DNA of 64,000 bases, from assembly GCA_963802675.1 (NCBI GenBank), contig CAWDJL010000005.1:595896-659895 (forward strand). The letters run 5' to 3'. The notes beneath the pieces are model-generated. The model saw only the letters and a program-made list of their open reading frames with translations. It was not told the DNA's origin and made no database searches. Source of the DNA: an uncultured Acidobacteriota bacterium. Its GTDB lineage: Bacteria; Acidobacteriota; Vicinamibacteria; Vicinamibacterales; UBA2999. Made by a program: the position numbers and the translations under genes. Within the stretch, counting starts at the first letter, position 1; every line of letters starts with the position of its first letter. This document shows positions 61,421 to 64,000 of the stretch, one piece after another.

Positions 61421-61591
61421 TGGTGCGCGCTGGTGGATTCGAACCACCGACCCCCGCCGTGTGAAGCACGGTGGCATCACACCCGAATCGGATTAGACCG
61501 CATAAACATTGGATTGTTTCGTGAGTATCGAAACGGTCCACATACCAACCAACGCGGTCTAGTCCGGTTTCCGTTGCACACCCGTTGCAAT
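61421..61591 (-). repeat. ~170-bp block (copy 2) whose 3' 45 nt is a tRNA 3' half (anticodon loop to CCA); not an intact tRNA
   Basis: The minus strand reads TTCACAC-GGCGG-GGGTC-GGTGG-TTCGAAT-CCACC-AGCGCGC-A-CCA, ending at 61421. No complementary 5' acceptor strand, D-arm or 5' anticodon stem lies upstream. The loop is compatible with Val(CAC). Confidence 0.75.
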
Positions 61592-61744
61592 CGGTAAACG
61601 GCCGACCTTCTCCAGGTAACTTCTCCCAGTTCAGATTTTCCCGCCGGAGCAGGTGTCAACTACTTCACACCTGCCAGATCAGTTCTATGGGTTGGTGACC
61701 AACGCCGACATTGCCGTACTGCTAACGAGCTTCGCGGCATTGCC

Positions 61745-62480
61745 TTGGTCCTTGTTTGGCATTGGGCTTAGATATCGACGAGACCAAGATTCGCTTGCCT
61801 GCCTCGATCAAGACGCTTGGCCGCAACACCGTGCTGTTCAAGCTGTCCCGGTCTGTAAGGGGCACGTACCGCACGCGATTGCCCTTGGTTGACGTCACCT
61901 CCCCGCCAGTCGTTCCGCTCGACCCGGAGCTGGCACTTCTGCAGATTCACGTCGGTCCACTCGAGGCCCGCAGCTCGCCGCCGCGCAGCCCGGCGTCACC
62001 CCTGAGCAGCACAACAAGAAGCGCGTTCGCGCTCGTCCTCGCGCCTGCCGTGAGCATCTGCTCGTATTCCGCGGCAAACTCCGGTTTCGATGATGCCGAT
62101 TTCCGGCGCTGGATTGCTAGTCATCCGGCCGCCAGGCTACCTTGAAGTCGCCACTGAACCGGTTCCCGCCTTCGCGCGGAATCATCTTCAGACGCACGCC
62201 ACCGGCCGATGTTTCCGCCGATGCCGCTCGCCTGGTAGCCGACCGCCTGGCTCATGGCGTCGTCTGAAGTAGCTCTGCACGGCGCCGTCGCTGTGCGTCT
62301 GTTCCCCGACGAGACCGGAGAAATGTGTCGATAATAGGCGATTGTCTCGCAGCGGGCCGAATTGATCTGCCTTCCGACCTCCGAACCTGCGAAAACCCTG
62401 TAATAACGCTGGGACTCTCGCAACCTCCTTCGCGTAGCGTTGGATCTTCGACGCCCCGCCCCGGACAGATCTTGTCTGGG
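61745..62480 (-). pseudogene. decayed, 3'-truncated tyrosine recombinase (phage-integrase family) gene
   Basis: Minus-strand translation across three frames gives ALLVVLLRGDAGLRGGELRA / LEWTDVNLQKCQLRVERNDWRG / EVTSTKGNRVRYVPLT. This is the integrase pattern llllTGLRxxELxxLxWxDvdl...TKxxRxRxVPL. No HxxR or catalytic Tyr region follows. Confidence 0.6.
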
Positions 62481-62656
62481 GCAGGCGGCCGGATTCGGAT
62501 ATGGGAGAGTACCTGCACACGCCGTGGGCCGATTCCCAGGTGAGACGGCTGCTTCGCTCGGTGCCGCTCCTCTCGACTCTCGTGGCGGAGCCTACCCGCG
62601 CCCGCGATCGCACAGGGCCGATCGACCTCGATTATGGCGGTGGCGGTGGGAGTAAC

Positions 62657-64000
62657 ATGCTAGCGCCCCACACGCGGTGGCAACGCGTGACCCTCTCATC
62701 CGGTGCCAGACTCGGTCCCTACGACATCGTCGCGCCGCTCGGCAGCGGCGGTATGGGCGTGGTGTATCGGGCCCACGATTCGCGGCTCGATCGAGTCGTG
62801 GCGATAAAGGTCCTTGGCCCGTCAACGCATGCCGCTGAGCGCCGCCAACGCTTCCAGCGCGAGATGCGCGCGATCGCCGCGCTGAACCATCCGCACATCT
62901 GCGCGCTCTACGACGTGGGGCTCCAGGAAGACGTGGAGTTCTTCGTCATGGAGTATCTCGAGGGCGAAACGCTGGCCGATCGGTTGTTGAAGGGCCCGCT
63001 GCCGATGGCCGACACGCTGCGGCACGCGGCCGCACTCGCCGACGCAGTCGCGCTCGCCCACCGGCATGGCGTCGTGCACCGGGACATCAAACCGGGCAAC
63101 ATCATGCTCACGGCGTCGGGCGTGAAGCTCCTCGACTTCGGGCTCGCAAAGCTGTCGGCGCCGCCGGACAAGGCGGTCGTGGCGCGTCTCGGCGATGAAT
63201 CCACACTTTCGGTCGACATTACTGGCGCGCACGGGATTCTGGGCACGCTGCGCTACATGGCGCCGGAGCAACTCGAAGGCCGCGACGCTGATGCCCGCAC
63301 TGACATCTTCGCGCTCGGCGTGGTCCTTTACGAGATGGCCACGGGCCAGCGCGCCTTCAGGCATCACAGCGATGCGGGCATCATTTCGGCGATCCTGACG
63401 CAGGATCCGGTGCCGATGGTCGATCGGCAGCCGCAGGCGCCGAGCCATTTCCAGTTCGCTGTCGATGTCTGCCTTGCCAAGAACCCCGACGACCGGTGGC
63501 AGAGCGCCCAGGATTTGGCGCGCGCGCTGAGGTGGATCCGCGAAAGCGGGCCCGGGACCAGGCCGACGCCTGGGCTGCGCTGGTGGCAGCGGCGCCGTCG
63601 CTGGCTTGCCGCTGCAGTCATGGCATTCGTGATCGTGGCCGGCGTGCTGGCGGCGCCGTACCTGGTCGGTCGCGCCGAGTCGAGAAGCCTGGTGCTGCTG
63701 CCGTGCACCGTGATCGGAGGCTTGGGAAGCGATCAGGCCTTTTGCGACGGGTTGAACGAAGCGATCGCCGGGAAGCTGGTTCCTTTGACGCTCTCGAACT
63801 CGCTGCAAACGACGACGGCGCGTGACGCACGCGAGCACGGCGTCACGACGGCAATGGACGCACGGCGTCAATTTGGCGCGACGCTCGTGCTGCAAGGCAC
63901 GCTGCTGCGGGAGGGCGACAAGGTCCGGGTCAATTACGACCTCATCGATGCGACAGCGCTGCGACAGTTGCAGGGGTATACGGTATCGGCCGCGTCGAGC
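62657..64000 (+). CDS. Ser/Thr protein kinase with a TM segment and an extracytoplasmic region (5' partial view; runs off the window end)
   Basis: Own translation from the ATG at 62657: GPYDIVAPLGSGGMGVVYRAHD, AIKVL, HRDIKPGNIML, DFGLAK and GTLRYMAPE. TM segment WLAAAVMAFVIVAGVLAAPYL, then LVLLPCTVIGGLGSDQAFCDGLNEAI. Absent from the track because there is no stop in the window. Confidence 0.88.
   Translation, partial: MLAPHTRWQRVTLSSGARLGPYDIVAPLGSGGMGVVYRAHDSRLDRVVAIKVLGPSTHAAERRQRFQREMRAIAALNHPHICALYDVGLQEDVEFFVMEYLEGETLADRLLKGPLPMADTLRHAAALADAVALAHRHGVVHRDIKPGNIMLTASGVKLLDFGLAKLSAPPDKAVVARLGDESTLSVDITGAHGILGTLRYMAPEQLEGRDADARTDIFALGVVLYEMATGQRAFRHHSDAGIISAILTQDPVPMVDRQPQAPSHFQFAVDVCLAKNPDDRWQSAQDLARALRWIRESGPGTRPTPGLRWWQRRRRWLAAAVMAFVIVAGVLAAPYLVGRAESRSLVLLPCTVIGGLGSDQAFCDGLNEAIAGKLVPLTLSNSLQTTTARDAREHGVTTAMDARRQFGATLVLQGTLLREGDKVRVNYDLIDATALRQLQGYTVSAASS

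Noticed and set aside
61421-61497. Intact tRNA gene (or tmRNA) on the minus strand
   Set aside because: The T-arm, 3' acceptor strand and CCA are perfect. However, there is no complementary 5' acceptor strand (GCGCGCU), D-arm or 5' anticodon-stem strand within 250 nt. The acceptor lacks the G3-U70 pair needed for a tmRNA or Ala identity. It is called a 3'-half fragment instead.

Overview
High-GC (~64%) bacterial chromosome. It is probably Acidobacteria, inferred from a TIGR03436-like VWA protein, Ser/Thr kinases fused to TolB-like propellers, and the general gene content. All protein calls come from my own reading of the translations and recalled family motifs; no searches were run. Positions 1-51 kb are a dense housekeeping block, nearly all on the + strand. 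It contains pyrG/kdsB, serA, mdh-sucCD, pheA, ndk, dcd, hisS-aspS, the phoH-ybeY-CNNM-era run, mgtE, recO, glyQS, ppdK, corA, mutL, peptidases, a PhoD-type phosphatase, a solute symporter, an SDR, rarA, a TrmH-type methyltransferase, greA, a trans-sulfuration enzyme, uvrB and mlaEFD. Positions 51-64 kb are accessory-like. They hold an orphan receiver domain, a small polyacidic protein, a divergent metallophosphoesterase/nucleotidyltransferase pair, a STAS protein and a multiply disrupted CBM9/DUF5916 outer-membrane gene. They also hold an IS30 element, two diverged copies of a ~170-bp block ending in a tRNA 3'-half, a decayed tyrosine-recombinase gene and a second, partial Ser/Thr kinase. I found no intact rRNA or tRNA gene and no CRISPR array. 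Three things stand out. (1) At least 11 spacers, two coding regions and one coding 3' end are filled by arrays of short locus-specific words, often followed by their reverse complement to give long imperfect hairpins. Some are GTAG-headed like REP elements. One sits in-frame in the mutL linker and one supplies the C-terminal tail of the SDR. (2) There are nine single-base-type frame disruptions in seven genes, including essential glyS, which points to assembly indel error rather than gene decay, except perhaps in the DUF5916 gene. (3) The region 57.1-62.5 kb looks like the relic of a tRNA-targeting integrative element. I could not recognise a clear multi-gene novel system. The polyacidic protein/MPE/NTase neighbourhood is the only weak candidate.
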